NCBI GenBank assembly: GCA_965223265.1
Contig: OZ244999.1
Span: 128,001-192,000 of the forward strand
Length of the DNA: 64,000 nt
Source: Planctomycetota bacterium
Lineage (GTDB): Bacteria > Planctomycetota > UBA8108 > SXIK01
Reading direction: 5' to 3'
Every line of letters starts with the position of its first letter. Within the stretch, counting starts at the first letter, position 1. The notes below the pieces were generated by a model, which was not told where the DNA came from, ran no database searches, and saw nothing but the letters and a program-made list of their open reading frames with translations. The translations under genes were made by a program, and so were the position numbers. This document shows, piece after piece, positions 51,823 to 62,221 of this stretch.

Positions 51823-52509
51823 TCAGGACGACTGGCGGCAGCCGGCGGGAGGAGGTCCGGCTGCGAACTGGTAGATGAACTTCCAGTGGACAGCCATTCC
51901 CGCCACCACCGCTATGTGCCAAAGCTCGTGCGGACCGATCACTCCGGGGATGATCGTCGGCCAGCCGAGACCGAGGAGAATAGCCCCGAGGGAGTACACC
52001 GCTCCTCCCACGACAAGAGGCCGAACGAACGCAAAGCCGTATCTGCGCCAGAGCACCACTGCCGAGCAGCCGGCGATCCAACCCAGCGCCAAATAGACGG
52101 TCGTTCCGAGTCCCCGCGGAAGTTGGTCGAAGAAGACGGTGAACAACGTGATCCCTGTCGCTACGAGCGTCCACATGAGCGCGAGCACCCCCCAACGTGA
52201 GATGCCGTTGAAGAAGATCCCCTGTACGGGAGTGAACGTGCCGGCGATCAGTACAAAGATTGCGGCCTTGTCAAGACGGAAAAGGACCGCACGGGCGGTT
52301 CCACCGCTCGAGAGCATGTGGTACACGCCGCTCATCGACAGGAGCAGCACCGATGAGAACGCGAACACGCTCAAGCAGAGAACCCGCCACACGTTCCCCC
52401 GTCCACGACGGAGTAGGAAGATCGTCGCTACGGCGAAGACCAGCGCTCCGACAAGATGAATCCAGGAACTGACCGGCTCGTTGAATCCCGGTATCGGGTG
52501 GGTTTCCAT
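51823..52509 (-). CDS. Hemolysin III / PAQR family membrane protein
   Basis: SSWIHLVG, SGVYH, RLDKAAIFVLIAGTFTP, YLALGW, HELWH. Confidence 0.92.
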   Translation of the reverse strand: METHPIPGFNEPVSSWIHLVGALVFAVATIFLLRRGRGNVWRVLCLSVFAFSSVLLLSMSGVYHMLSSGGTARAVLFRLDKAAIFVLIAGTFTPVQGIFFNGISRWGVLALMWTLVATGITLFTVFFDQLPRGLGTTVYLALGWIAGCSAVVLWRRYGFAFVRPLVVGGAVYSLGAILLGLGWPTIIPGVIGPHELWHIAVVAGMAVHWKFIYQFAAGPPPAGCRQSS

Positions 52510-52799
52510 CGCGCGCCAACGATTTCCTTTCCGCCTGAAGATCCGAACTCACGAATCCCGGCGGGTATTCTCCGCTTTCATTGGCGTCAAGGAAAGGGCG
52601 AGCCTTGGCCCACTACGGTAGGACTTATGCCGAATCGTCCGTGATCTGCGAACCAACGGAGAGGCCCTGAATCGTCGCTTGGCGCGGCTCTCAACAGAGG
52701 TCTTGTCAGGTTTTCGGTCACTCGCTAAATTGTTCTCGATGAGTTTGTCAACGAAGCATGACCCGAAGAGGAATTGTTCTGCACGTGGAGAATGGTTCC

Positions 52800-53843
52800 A
52801 TGCCGAGCGAAGAAACAGAACTGCCCAAATTCGGAAAGCAGCTGCTTGACGCGACACGGCCGTTCGCGGTGGAGTCCTCGATTAGAAGTTGGTGGTCTGT
52901 GGGCTCCACGCTTGTCGTGCTCGGAGCGATACTCGTCGTGGCAGCGCTCGCCCCTTGGTGGCCGTTGCGGCTCGGCGGGTCAGTTCTTGCCGGACTGCTG
53001 CTGGTACGGACATTCATCCTGTACCACGACTTCATGCACCGAGCCCTCTTGCGTCAATCACGATTCGCGAAGGCGCTATTCTATTTCTTCGGACTGCTCC
53101 TGCTGACACCTCCGCGGTACTGGCGATACAGCCACAACTTCCACCATGCGAACGTCGGCAAGCCGCTCAACGCGGCCGACGCCGGTCCGGCCCTCCTTGT
53201 GACATCGGACATCGGCTCATTTCCGCTCATGACTACGGACACGTGGCAAGAAACCTCGATCTGGCAGCGTCTGCGATATCGTGTCAGCCGTCATCCGTTG
53301 ACACTTCTATGCGCCTATGTGACGGTTTTCCTTTTCAGCCTCTGCCTCCTGCCACTGCTGCAGAATCCGCGGAAGTACTGGGACGGCGCACTGTCGCTCC
53401 TCGCGCATGGCGCGCTCGTTGCCGGGCTCTGGGTGTTTGCTGGATTCGCTGCACTCTTTTTCTCCTTCTTGCTGCCTTTCACGATTGCAGCAGCCGCCGG
53501 AGCGTACCTTTTCTTCGCGCAGCACAACTACGAGGGTATGCGCGTGTTGAAGCCGGAGGAGTGGACCTATTATCGAGGCGCGACTGAGTCATCAAGTCAC
53601 ATGAAGCTCGGCTCGTTGATGCACTGGTTCACGGGAAATATCGGCTACCATCACGTCCACCACTTGAATCCTCTCATTCCGTTCTATCGCCTCCCGGAAG
53701 CGATGGCCGCCATTCCCGAGCTCCAACAGCCGCAGATGACATCACTTCGTCCTCGCGACATTCTCGCGTGTCTGCGATTGAATCTCTGGGACCCGGAGAG
53801 GCGACGACTCGTCAGTTACGGCGAGGCGAGGAAGGCGGTGTGA
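52800..53843 (+). CDS. Membrane fatty acid desaturase
   Basis: HDFMH, HNFHH, HHVHH; FAQHN. Confidence 0.92.
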   Translation: MPSEETELPKFGKQLLDATRPFAVESSIRSWWSVGSTLVVLGAILVVAALAPWWPLRLGGSVLAGLLLVRTFILYHDFMHRALLRQSRFAKALFYFFGLLLLTPPRYWRYSHNFHHANVGKPLNAADAGPALLVTSDIGSFPLMTTDTWQETSIWQRLRYRVSRHPLTLLCAYVTVFLFSLCLLPLLQNPRKYWDGALSLLAHGALVAGLWVFAGFAALFFSFLLPFTIAAAAGAYLFFAQHNYEGMRVLKPEEWTYYRGATESSSHMKLGSLMHWFTGNIGYHHVHHLNPLIPFYRLPEAMAAIPELQQPQMTSLRPRDILACLRLNLWDPERRRLVSYGEARKAV

Positions 53844-53916
53844 ACAACGCAACAAGCGCAGTGGAAGCGATCCGCATGGTCCAATCGGATAACCATCGAG
53901 CCATGCGGCTAGGCGG

Positions 53917-54912
53917 TCAGGCCGCTTCTCGAAACGAGATCATCCGATCAGCTTCGGTGTCCCATAGGTTTAACCGGAGACATCGCCACACGTCCCGCAC
54001 AGCGAGCGAGGTCTCACCCGGAGACTGCAACTCCTCGATTCCATCCATGGCCTCGGGCAGTCGGTAGAAGGGGATACGCGCGTTGAGGTGATGGACATGA
54101 TGATAGCCGATATTCCCCGTGAACCAGTTGAGAATCGGGCCCATGCGAATGAAGCTCGAGGAGTGAACGGCCGCGAAGAAGTAATCCCAATCCTTGCTTT
54201 CGCGAAGCTTGACCGCGGGGAAGTTGTGCTGCGCGTAGAAAAGATAGGCGCCGAGCCCCGAGGCAACGATCATAGGGATCACGATGAGGTAGAAGACGAC
54301 TCCCGGATTGATGAGCAGAAGCGCCACGACGAGACCAATGTGAAGGACAATCGACAGAGCCGAGTCCCAGTGCATCCTTGGGTTGACCAGAAAGGAGCGA
54401 AGACACATGCCCCAAAAGAAGATGGTCAAGTAGCCCAAGGCGATCGTAACCGGATGTCTTGAGAGTGCGTAGACGAAGCGTGTAACACGCGAGGCACGCT
54501 CGTAGCTCTCTCGCGTCATCACCGGGTACGAGCCAATGCTTGCACCGTAGATCTTAGCATTGTTCCTGTGATGATGATCGTGTGAGCGACGCCAGATGCT
54601 TGGCGGATTGAGCACCAAAAGGCCATAGATGCGCATGATCGTTCGTGCTACACGCGAACCCCGGAAAATCGTGCCGTGTTCCGAATCGTGGTAGAGGATG
54701 AAGATCCGCACCATAACAAGCCCCAGGAGAAAGCTCGCCGCCAGTGTCACTGCGAGCGACCCGCCCATGAAGGTCAGTACGGCGAGAACGCCGAAGACCG
54801 AAAATGTCGACAGGAGATGCCACCAACTCAGCCAGGGACGTTCGCACGCGTACGCCTTACTGTGGAGTACGACCTCTTTGCTTCCTCTGACGGTTGTCCT
54901 CTCTACTTCCAT
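53917..54912 (-). CDS. Membrane fatty acid desaturase
   Basis: HDSEH, HDHHH, HHVHH; YAQHN. Confidence 0.92.
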   Translation of the reverse strand: MEVERTTVRGSKEVVLHSKAYACERPWLSWWHLLSTFSVFGVLAVLTFMGGSLAVTLAASFLLGLVMVRIFILYHDSEHGTIFRGSRVARTIMRIYGLLVLNPPSIWRRSHDHHHRNNAKIYGASIGSYPVMTRESYERASRVTRFVYALSRHPVTIALGYLTIFFWGMCLRSFLVNPRMHWDSALSIVLHIGLVVALLLINPGVVFYLIVIPMIVASGLGAYLFYAQHNFPAVKLRESKDWDYFFAAVHSSSFIRMGPILNWFTGNIGYHHVHHLNARIPFYRLPEAMDGIEELQSPGETSLAVRDVWRCLRLNLWDTEADRMISFREAA

Positions 54913-54915
54913 TCC

Positions 54916-55227
54916 TTAGGATCCTTGAAAGCTGCGTTGCTCCGCATCGGGAATCGCGCCTCCTTCTCCCTCTTCGCCTTCGCGTTCGTCCTTCTTTGTT
55001 TTTTGAGGTGCTTCCGTGTCCCGGCGTTTCTCCGTCTGCTCTTCCGTTACGTGGCCTGTGGACGTTCCTTCTTCGCTTGCGCACTCGATCGTCTTGACTC
55101 CCAGCGACGACGAGCCGTTTTCGGCGGCCGCCTTCCGCTCTGCTTTCCTTCTCGCCTTTTCTTCGCGGCGTTCTCTCTTGGCTCGTTCTCTGCGGCGCTT
55201 TTCGAAGGATGGGTTTGATTTCGCCAA
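54916..55227 (-). CDS. Small protein with Lys/Arg-rich N-terminus and acidic C-terminus
   Basis: AAGGAGA RBS before the TTG; MAKSNPSFEKRRRERAKRERREEK; stop 3 bp before the desaturase start. Confidence 0.7.
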   Translation of the reverse strand: MAKSNPSFEKRRRERAKRERREEKARRKAERKAAAENGSSSLGVKTIECASEEGTSTGHVTEEQTEKRRDTEAPQKTKKDEREGEEGEGGAIPDAEQRSFQGS

Positions 55228-56498
55228 GGCGCGTCTCCTTTCACTTGCTGCTTTCGTGTGCGAGCCCTCGTTGACCTCGAAGCGACACAGGTCACGACCG
55301 TCGGCGTCGGTTGCACATCGCTTGACTGGAGTTCCTCCGGCGTCCGCTCGACTTGGATCGTTCTTCTCGTCAGTTGTTCAATGGCTTGAAGCTGAGGTCG
55401 CTCGATGCTCGCGCAGAAGGAGATCGCCGTTCCCGGGGCACCCGCTCTTCCCGTACGACCAATTCGGTGCACATAGACTTCGGCGACCTCGGGGAGGTCG
55501 AGATTGAACACATGCGTGATGCCGTTGACGTCGAGGCCTCGCGCTGCGATGTCCGTCGCGACCAGCACAGAGACCTGACCTGATCGAAACTGGTCGAGTA
55601 CTCGCTGACGCTGGCCCTGGCTCTTGTTGCCGTGGATCGCCGCCGCCAACAGACCAACACGCTTGAGATGCTTCACCACCTTGTCGGCCCCGTACTTCGT
55701 GCGAGTGAAGGCGAGTGAACGATTGCCGGGCAGGTTTCGCAAGAGGGATGCAAGCAAACGCGGCTTCTGCTTCTTGCCGACGTAGTAAAGCGATTGTTCG
55801 ACGTCCTCCGCCGGTGTGGAAACCGGATCCACTTGAACGTGAACCGAATCCGTGAGCCATTCTTGCGCGAGCTCACGAATCTCGCGCGGCATCGTCGCCG
55901 AGAACATCAGAGTCTGGCGCTTTGCCGGGACCGTCTTGACGATGCGCTTCAGTGCATGAATGAAGCCGATATCGAGCATGTGATCGGCTTCATCGAGAAT
56001 CAGAATCTCAACGGCGTGAAGGCTCACGACGCGTTGCGCCATGAGATCCTCGAGTCGGCCCGGCGTGGCGACCAGGATATCCGCCCCGCGCTTGATCGCC
56101 TGAACCTGCGGACCCTGGCCGACGCCGCCATAGATGACGGTGCTTTTCAGCCCAGTGTAGCGCCCGTAAGCGCGGAACTTCTCGCCGATCTGCGCGGCCA
56201 GCTCGCGCGTGGGTGCAAGAACGAGCGCGCGGATCGAACGCGCTGGAACGAACCGGTGCCGTCGACCGTGTCCCCTGTGACGAGTCCGCGTGCCGTGGCT
56301 CCCTTTCAGGCGCTCCAGCGTCGGCAGGGCAAAAGCCGCCGTCTTGCCGGTGCCTGTCTGGGCGTTACCCATGAGATCCCGGCCCATGAGGACTTCGGGA
56401 ATAGCGCGGATCTGAATCGGGGTGGCTCGCTGGTAGCCTTCGGTATCAACAGCGCGAAGGACCTCCTCGGAAAGACCGAGATCGCAGAAATGACTCAA
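55047..56498 (-). CDS. DEAD-box RNA helicase (RhlE-like); C-terminal end uncertain
   Basis: TPIQ, GTGKT, PTRELA, TPGRL, DEAD, SAT, ARGLD, HRIGRTGR. Confidence 0.93.
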   Translation of the reverse strand: MSHFCDLGLSEEVLRAVDTEGYQRATPIQIRAIPEVLMGRDLMGNAQTGTGKTAAFALPTLERLKGSHGTRTRHRGHGRRHRFVPARSIRALVLAPTRELAAQIGEKFRAYGRYTGLKSTVIYGGVGQGPQVQAIKRGADILVATPGRLEDLMAQRVVSLHAVEILILDEADHMLDIGFIHALKRIVKTVPAKRQTLMFSATMPREIRELAQEWLTDSVHVQVDPVSTPAEDVEQSLYYVGKKQKPRLLASLLRNLPGNRSLAFTRTKYGADKVVKHLKRVGLLAAAIHGNKSQGQRQRVLDQFRSGQVSVLVATDIAARGLDVNGITHVFNLDLPEVAEVYVHRIGRTGRAGAPGTAISFCASIERPQLQAIEQLTRRTIQVERTPEELQSSDVQPTPTVVTCVASRSTRARTRKQQVKGDAPWRNQTHPSKSAAENEPRENAAKKRREGKQSGRRPPKTARRRWESRRSSAQAKKERPQAT

Positions 56499-56659
56499 AT
56501 ATGTCTCTTTTCGTTAATGCGCGCTCCGCGATCCGATGTTCCAAGTCACGCGCACTGAGAGCACACGTGCGATCGAAGAGAGAGCGGCGTGCAGCTAAAT
56601 CCCGCGGAATGCCCAAAACGACATCCCACGGGTGTGTCATCGAGCGATCGGCAAGCGCT

Positions 56660-56929
56660 CTACCAGCGCCCGCGTCCTCCGCCTCCATGCTGGCGCTCTC
56701 GTGCGACATTGACGTTGAGCGCGCGTCCTTCGAATTGGTGACCGTTCAGCGCCGCGATCGCCGCGTCAGCGTTTTCCATTTCGACGAAGCCGAATCCGCG
56801 GGGGCGTCCGGTGTCGCGGTCAGTGATGAGGTTGACGGAGTGGACCTCGCCGTGCTGCGAGAAGAGTCCTTGCAGATCGTCGGAGGTCACGGAGAAGGGG
56901 AGATTCCCCACATACAGCTTCTGAGCCAT
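56660..56929 (-). CDS. RRM RNA-binding protein with Gly-rich tail
   Basis: LYVGNL (RNP2), RGFGFVEM (RNP1), GGGGRGRW; AAGGAG RBS. Confidence 0.95.
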   Translation of the reverse strand: MAQKLYVGNLPFSVTSDDLQGLFSQHGEVHSVNLITDRDTGRPRGFGFVEMENADAAIAALNGHQFEGRALNVNVARERQHGGGGRGRW

Positions 56930-57387
56930 GGCTCGTAGCTCCTTTGAGTCGGTTGCTTCGAGTACAGGCCCAGAGACGTGGAGAGAATCCGAGAGAGACC
57001 AGAGAGCAACGGTTGAAACGTGCGAACGACGCCGACGCGACGTCGTAATGAACGGCAGCGCCCAACTTCGGGACAGCTGTCGAGGCGCACGTCTAACCCC
57101 CGCAGCGCTAAACTAAAGGTCCCCGTCGATCGCTGAAAGTAACTGATAACAAAGCCTTCGGAAAGGGCGGCATCTCAGTTGGCCCACTTCCGGAGTCTTC
57201 GCAGGCCCCTGATGGACTCAATCGGTGGAGTATACCCTAACGTAGCCAGTTTCCCATCGAAATCGGACTTCTGCGATAATGGTCTGCAGTGGGGCCGACG
57301 CTTTTCGCGTGGAGAGAGGTGGAAGAACCGGTAATCGACCCGTGGACGAAATTCCCCAGTCACACCGTCCCGACGCCTCAGAGATCG

Positions 57388-57672
57388 AGAAACCGCCGGA
57401 AATCGCCGGTCTCTCATTCAACTCTCCGCCGCCCTTGAAACACGTGTTTCACCCGAACGCGGCTCCGGCGCTCCCCGAAACCCGAGCTCCCAATCCACGA
57501 TCTCACCCGTTGATCTTCGTCGCGAATCTGAAGATCGTGCATTCGTGAATCGAAGCCGCGCCGGAATTCAAAGGTATCGACTTCTCCCAGAAGCTGATCC
57601 CTCGATCCGTAACTCCGCGTATTCCGCGAAGAAAGGATCCCTCACAAAGGTATCGACTTCTCGAAGAAGTCC
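57388..57672. repeat. Conserved right end of element B including att core copy 3 (57657-57672)
   Basis: Colinear motifs shared with 29737-30044. Confidence 0.9.
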
Positions 57673-57770
57673 ATACTCCCGGAGTCGACAGCACTGTCGT
57701 TAGCCACGCCCGTCTGGGCGGCTAAGTAGAGCGCGATCAGGATTGGCGACCACGAGACACTTGCTCTCAT
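57642..57770 (-). pseudogene. 5' fragment (signal peptide to DFFEK) of the interrupted PSCyt1/DUF1549/DUF1553 gene
   Basis: MRASVSWSPILIALYLAAQTGVANDSAVDSGSMDFFEK then SIPL-stop in element DNA; joins in frame to KIRPVLIAECYECH at 12670. Confidence 0.9.
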
Positions 57771-57855
57771 GACGCTATTGTCGGCGATCGGACAGATTCG
57801 ATCAACTGGCTCTGCATCGAGTCGTAGACCCTAACCCGCGGTCGAGCTGGCGAGG

Positions 57856-58740
57856 TCACCGTGTTTGCCAACGGCTTGGACTGATTCCCGGGGCTTCCGT
57901 ACGCATGCCTTTCGGTTTGTGCGGTTGCTCCCAGGCGACACCTGTTGTGTTGAGGCTCTTGAGGAATGGCTTGGCAACGTCCGGTGCCTTTGCGACGAGA
58001 TCGGGATCCCACTCGTCGACCGGCTGGATCGGGCCTGCCCACGATGGGCGGTAGCCGAATTGGATGAGCTCGCGCGGGTGTTCGCTCTTGTTGGGATGGC
58101 TACCGTGGAAGAGGAGCGCGGGAATGAGGACAGCAGAACCGGCGGGGACGCAGAGCGTGATCTCTTCAGGGTGCCACTGGTAGCGCGTGTAAGGGCTGGC
58201 CTCCGCGTGAAACGAGAGATGAGAGCGGGGAAGGAGTCGGAACGGGGCGCGTTCGGGAGTCAGGTCATCGAGGTAGTACAGAACGCGCAAGAGTCGTGGG
58301 CAGCTACCCTCGAATCCGAACAGATTCGATCCGTGCGGCTGGCCGTCGGTGTGCATGGAAATGCCAGGTGAGCCGGGGTGCGTGCGTTGGAAGAAGCCGC
58401 GCGTGAAGACGATGTCGGGACCCATGAGCTGCGTCAAGAAGTCGATCATTGGCGGGTAGCCGATGAGCTCGGCGACGCTTCGCCCCAACCACTGCGGTTC
58501 GGTGAGCGAGTATGTCTGCTGCGTGCTGTAGCTTTTGTGCGTCATCTCTGCGTCGGCCAGCTCGTCTTTGAGGCGGGTGACGCATTCCGAGCTGAGAATG
58601 CGCGGAAAGACGGTGTACCCCTCAACCTCGAGATGACGGATTCTCTCGCCGCGCGACATTGAGTCGAAGGCGGTGTCGTCGACGTTCATGATCGGGATTT
58701 CTTCATCGGGCGTAATCTGTGGGTGCATGTTTTTGTTCAT
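57856..58740 (-). CDS. Phytanoyl-CoA dioxygenase (PhyH) family Fe(II)/2OG oxygenase
   Basis: EGYTVF, MHTDG (HxD), YYLDD, PRSH, FHGS. Confidence 0.85.
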   Translation of the reverse strand: MNKNMHPQITPDEEIPIMNVDDTAFDSMSRGERIRHLEVEGYTVFPRILSSECVTRLKDELADAEMTHKSYSTQQTYSLTEPQWLGRSVAELIGYPPMIDFLTQLMGPDIVFTRGFFQRTHPGSPGISMHTDGQPHGSNLFGFEGSCPRLLRVLYYLDDLTPERAPFRLLPRSHLSFHAEASPYTRYQWHPEEITLCVPAGSAVLIPALLFHGSHPNKSEHPRELIQFGYRPSWAGPIQPVDEWDPDLVAKAPDVAKPFLKSLNTTGVAWEQPHKPKGMRTEAPGISPSRWQTR

Positions 58741-59036
58741 GAGTCTGTTCCTTTGAGTCCAGTGCCCACATTGTCCTCAAGCCGCGTCGGAATTTCCATG
58801 GGTCGTCAGGCATCGGGAGTTTGAAGGTGATGTCGCTCGAGCACGAAATCGTTCAGCGGCCTTCGAATCTCGCAGATGAGGTCGCTATTGAGCGGCACCG
58901 TTCATAGTGCGCCTGATGGCGACTGGGGAACGCGATCGCCTTGCCCTCCATAGCCAGAGTCGCTATCATCGCGGCTCTTCCATGGGCAAACCGTCCGTAC
59001 TTCCATACCTTTTCACATATGGATTGAATTCAGGCG

Positions 59037-60257
59037 ATGACCACAGCAGCTCGATCGTTCGTGATGGCGACAATACTCTCTCTCGCATTCGGCTTGTTGT
59101 TGAATGCCGCACCAATGCACCGCGGTGAGCTCATCTTTCCGCTCGAGCACTGGCACAATCACGGTTCTTGCATCGTCGAGGCGCCCAATGGCGAGATCAT
59201 CGTCTGTTGGTTCCACGGTTCGGGAGAACGGTCAGCCGACGACGTCGTCATCCTTGGTGCCAAGCGCGACCCGGCGACAAGTAAGTGGACGAAGCCGTTC
59301 CTGATGGCAGACACACCTGAGTTTCCGGATACGAATTGTTGCATGATCGTCGACCCTGCAGGTCAGCTCTGGCTCTTCTGGCCGACCATCCAGGCGAACC
59401 TTTGGCAGTCGGCGCTCATGAACTACAAAGTTTCGGATGACTATCAGAAATCGGGTGCCGCGCCGGTCTGGAAGAAGCACGCGGTCTTGCACATGAAGCC
59501 CGGGACGGAGTTCCCGAAAACCGTGCGCACGAAGTTCGTTGACTATTTGAGCAAGCGCGAACTGACGCTGCGCGATATCGAGTGGGCCCATGGCGCGTTT
59601 GAGCAGGCTGATGACAAGCTGACACGGCGACTTGGCTGGTTTACCCGGGCTCGCCCTATCCTTCTTGACGACGGTCGATTGCTCGTCGGGCTCTATTCAG
59701 ACGGCTTCCACTTTTCCATGGTTGCGTACACCGATAACTGGGGTGAGTCATGGGGTTTCAGTGAGCCGATGGTGGGAACCGGCAACATCCAACCGACGTT
59801 CGCTCGCAAGAAGGACGGCACGATCGTCGCCTACATGCGCGACGCCGGGCCGCCACCAAAGCGCGTGCACGTCTCCGAGTCTAGCGATCGCGGCGAAACC
59901 TGGGGCAAGGTCTATGACCACCCCGTCTTGCCGAACCCAGGCGCTGGACTTGAGCTGATGAATCTGAGCGATGGGCGATTCCTCGTCATCTATAACGACA
60001 CCGAACGAGGACGTCATAGCCTTGCCGTTGCCATCTCTGAGGACGAGGGTAAGACGTTTCGCTGGACGCGGCACCTTGAGCTTGTCGAACCTGGGAGCGG
60101 CTCGTTTCACTACCCAGCGATCATGCAGTCCAAGGATGGGATGCTGCACGCGTCGTACAGTTACTTCGTCAGGGACCCGAACACGGGGGAGCAGCGCAAG
60201 ACCATCAAGTACGCGACGTTTAACATCGAGTGGGTGGAGGCAGGGGACGGGCGCTAG
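59037..60257 (+). CDS. Secreted BNR/Asp-box sialidase-family protein
   Basis: HNHGSC, WFHGSGE, YTDNWGESW, SSDRGETW, SEDEGKTF, YPAI. Confidence 0.88.
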   Translation: MTTAARSFVMATILSLAFGLLLNAAPMHRGELIFPLEHWHNHGSCIVEAPNGEIIVCWFHGSGERSADDVVILGAKRDPATSKWTKPFLMADTPEFPDTNCCMIVDPAGQLWLFWPTIQANLWQSALMNYKVSDDYQKSGAAPVWKKHAVLHMKPGTEFPKTVRTKFVDYLSKRELTLRDIEWAHGAFEQADDKLTRRLGWFTRARPILLDDGRLLVGLYSDGFHFSMVAYTDNWGESWGFSEPMVGTGNIQPTFARKKDGTIVAYMRDAGPPPKRVHVSESSDRGETWGKVYDHPVLPNPGAGLELMNLSDGRFLVIYNDTERGRHSLAVAISEDEGKTFRWTRHLELVEPGSGSFHYPAIMQSKDGMLHASYSYFVRDPNTGEQRKTIKYATFNIEWVEAGDGR

Positions 60258-60323
60258 AGGTCGAGACCAAGCTCTTGACCGTCGATTCGAGAAGGTCTCT
60301 GCGGTGATGTTTGGGGAACACAC

Positions 60324-61490
60324 ATGAGCCGTTTCTACGGATGGGCTGCGTGCGGCGCTTTCTCGTGGCTTGCCTGGATTCTTGTGACGTCGATCCCATG
60401 TCACTCGGAGGACGAATCGGCGGCGGTCGAACGTGCTCTGCAGAAATCCTACGAACCGATCGATCTCTCACTCTTTCGCGACAGCATTCATCACTGGCAG
60501 ATGAAAGACGGTCGCGACCGAAATGACCCGCGATATCGACCGGAACAAGTCGTCCACATCGCCGAGAACCTGCTCAAGTTTCAAAACGAGGATGGCGGTT
60601 GGCCGACCAATCTCGATTGGCTGGCGATCATCGATGTCGCGGAGGTTGCCAAGATTCGAAAGAAGGGCTTGAAGCGTAGTTCTTTCGACAACCGGAACAC
60701 GTATCCTCAAATCGATTACTTGGCCAAAGTCTACGGCTGCACCGAGCTGCCGCGATACAGAGACGCAGCTCTGCGCGGATTCGAGTATATCCTTCGAGAG
60801 CAGCGCCCGTCAGGAGGATGGCGTGGCAATGACGTCGACGCGATCACTTTCAACGACGACGTGATGGTGGGCATCATGCGACTGCTTCTGAAAATTCGTG
60901 AAGGAGACGCGCACTTCGATTGGCTCGACACAGCTCTGAGGCGCCGCTTGGAGGAGTCGCTGAGTCGTGCGATCGCCGTGACGCTTCAGTGTCAGATCGA
61001 GGTTGACAAGGTCAAGACAGCTTGGTGCCAGCAGCATGATCACGCGACGCTCCAGCCTGTTCGTGCCCGGTCCTACGAACTTCCCTCGATCACCGCGCAG
61101 GAGAGCGTCGGCGTCGTCAAGTTTCTCATGGATCTGCCAGCTCCCTCTGAAGAGGTTGTCGCGGCTGTCAACAGCGCCGTCGCGTGGTTCGAAGTCTCAG
61201 CGATCAAAGGGCTCAGAGTCAAAACTGTCCCCATCGATCCGGTTCGATTCGATGGGTTCACGGCGAAGAAAGACCGCATCGAGGTGATTGACGAACGGGC
61301 ACCGCCGATTTGGGCGCGTTTCTATGAGATCGGGACAAACCGTCCATTCTTTTGCAATCGGGACGGCACCAAGGTTTATCGCTTGGCCGATGTCCACCTC
61401 GAGAGGCGTGCCGGGTATGGCTGGTACGGGCATTGGCCAGCAGAGGTGATCGGCGATGCTCATTCTTCTTGGAAACAGCGTCTTCGTTGA
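60324..61490 (+). CDS. Pectate lyase, PL10 (PelA/Pel-15E family)
   Basis: QNEDGGWP, SFDN, ITFNDDVM, WCQQHD, ARSYELPS, WARFYE, ERRAGYGWY. Confidence 0.9.
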   Translation: MSRFYGWAACGAFSWLAWILVTSIPCHSEDESAAVERALQKSYEPIDLSLFRDSIHHWQMKDGRDRNDPRYRPEQVVHIAENLLKFQNEDGGWPTNLDWLAIIDVAEVAKIRKKGLKRSSFDNRNTYPQIDYLAKVYGCTELPRYRDAALRGFEYILREQRPSGGWRGNDVDAITFNDDVMVGIMRLLLKIREGDAHFDWLDTALRRRLEESLSRAIAVTLQCQIEVDKVKTAWCQQHDHATLQPVRARSYELPSITAQESVGVVKFLMDLPAPSEEVVAAVNSAVAWFEVSAIKGLRVKTVPIDPVRFDGFTAKKDRIEVIDERAPPIWARFYEIGTNRPFFCNRDGTKVYRLADVHLERRAGYGWYGHWPAEVIGDAHSSWKQRLR

Positions 61491-61556
61491 CTCTCTCAAG
61501 TTTCGTAGCGCATTACGACGAAGCTCTTGGCAACTCTGTCTTGAGAGGCCACGCAC

Positions 61557-62095
61557 TCAGCGCGGACGCGTAGTGTACTGCTTGAAGGCGGCGGCATCGA
61601 AGACCGTATCGCCGCCGGTGTACCAGATCACCAGCTTCGGAAAGAACTCAAGAAGATAAACCAGCAGTTCGAGAGCGATCGATTCACACGGGGCGCCTCG
61701 CTTGAAGGATAGCCCGACCAGAGGGTACGAGCGCCTTCCGGTAGGAGTCCGGGGCGCTGCAAGCCGGCGCTCTAATCGTCGCGACAGGCGGTGGCAACCG
61801 CGTCGCGCACCGACTCGTATTCGAAAGGATCGTCGGCTCGAAAGCGGAGGAATCGATTTGCGTGTGCGGTAACAGCTACGGATTCGACGTCGCACCAAAG
61901 GTCCCAGGACGGATTTCCTCCGGCCCCGTGTCGATCGATGACTTTCTCGAATCGATCAACGGCGTTGAAGAAGCCCTCTACGTCATCGATTGGCACGTAC
62001 GGGTCTGGCTCGTCGCCTAACCAATCGAAAAGCATCGCCGGAAACGTCGCGGAGTCCGGATGGTTCAACTGCAAGATTTCGATGTGGCCGCCCAT
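61557..62095 (-). other. Hypothetical protein(s); possibly one gene split by a frameshift near 61772
   Basis: 107-aa ORF followed at once by protein-like sequence in another frame. Confidence 0.4.
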
Positions 62096-62221
62096 GGGTC
62101 CGATTCTAACACAGGGTTCTATCGAGGTGGCGCATGCACGAATAAGAACTGCTGACTTCCGCTGAGAACGCGTCGCTGAAAGCTAACGTCAGTCTACCCG
62201 CGTAAGAATACAGACAAAAGC

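Larger units (their letters stand above)
30029..57672. mobile_element. Element B (~27.6 kb) with intact tyrosine integrase
   Basis: Bounded by core copies 2 and 3; integrase ATG 140 bp from the core. Confidence 0.88.
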
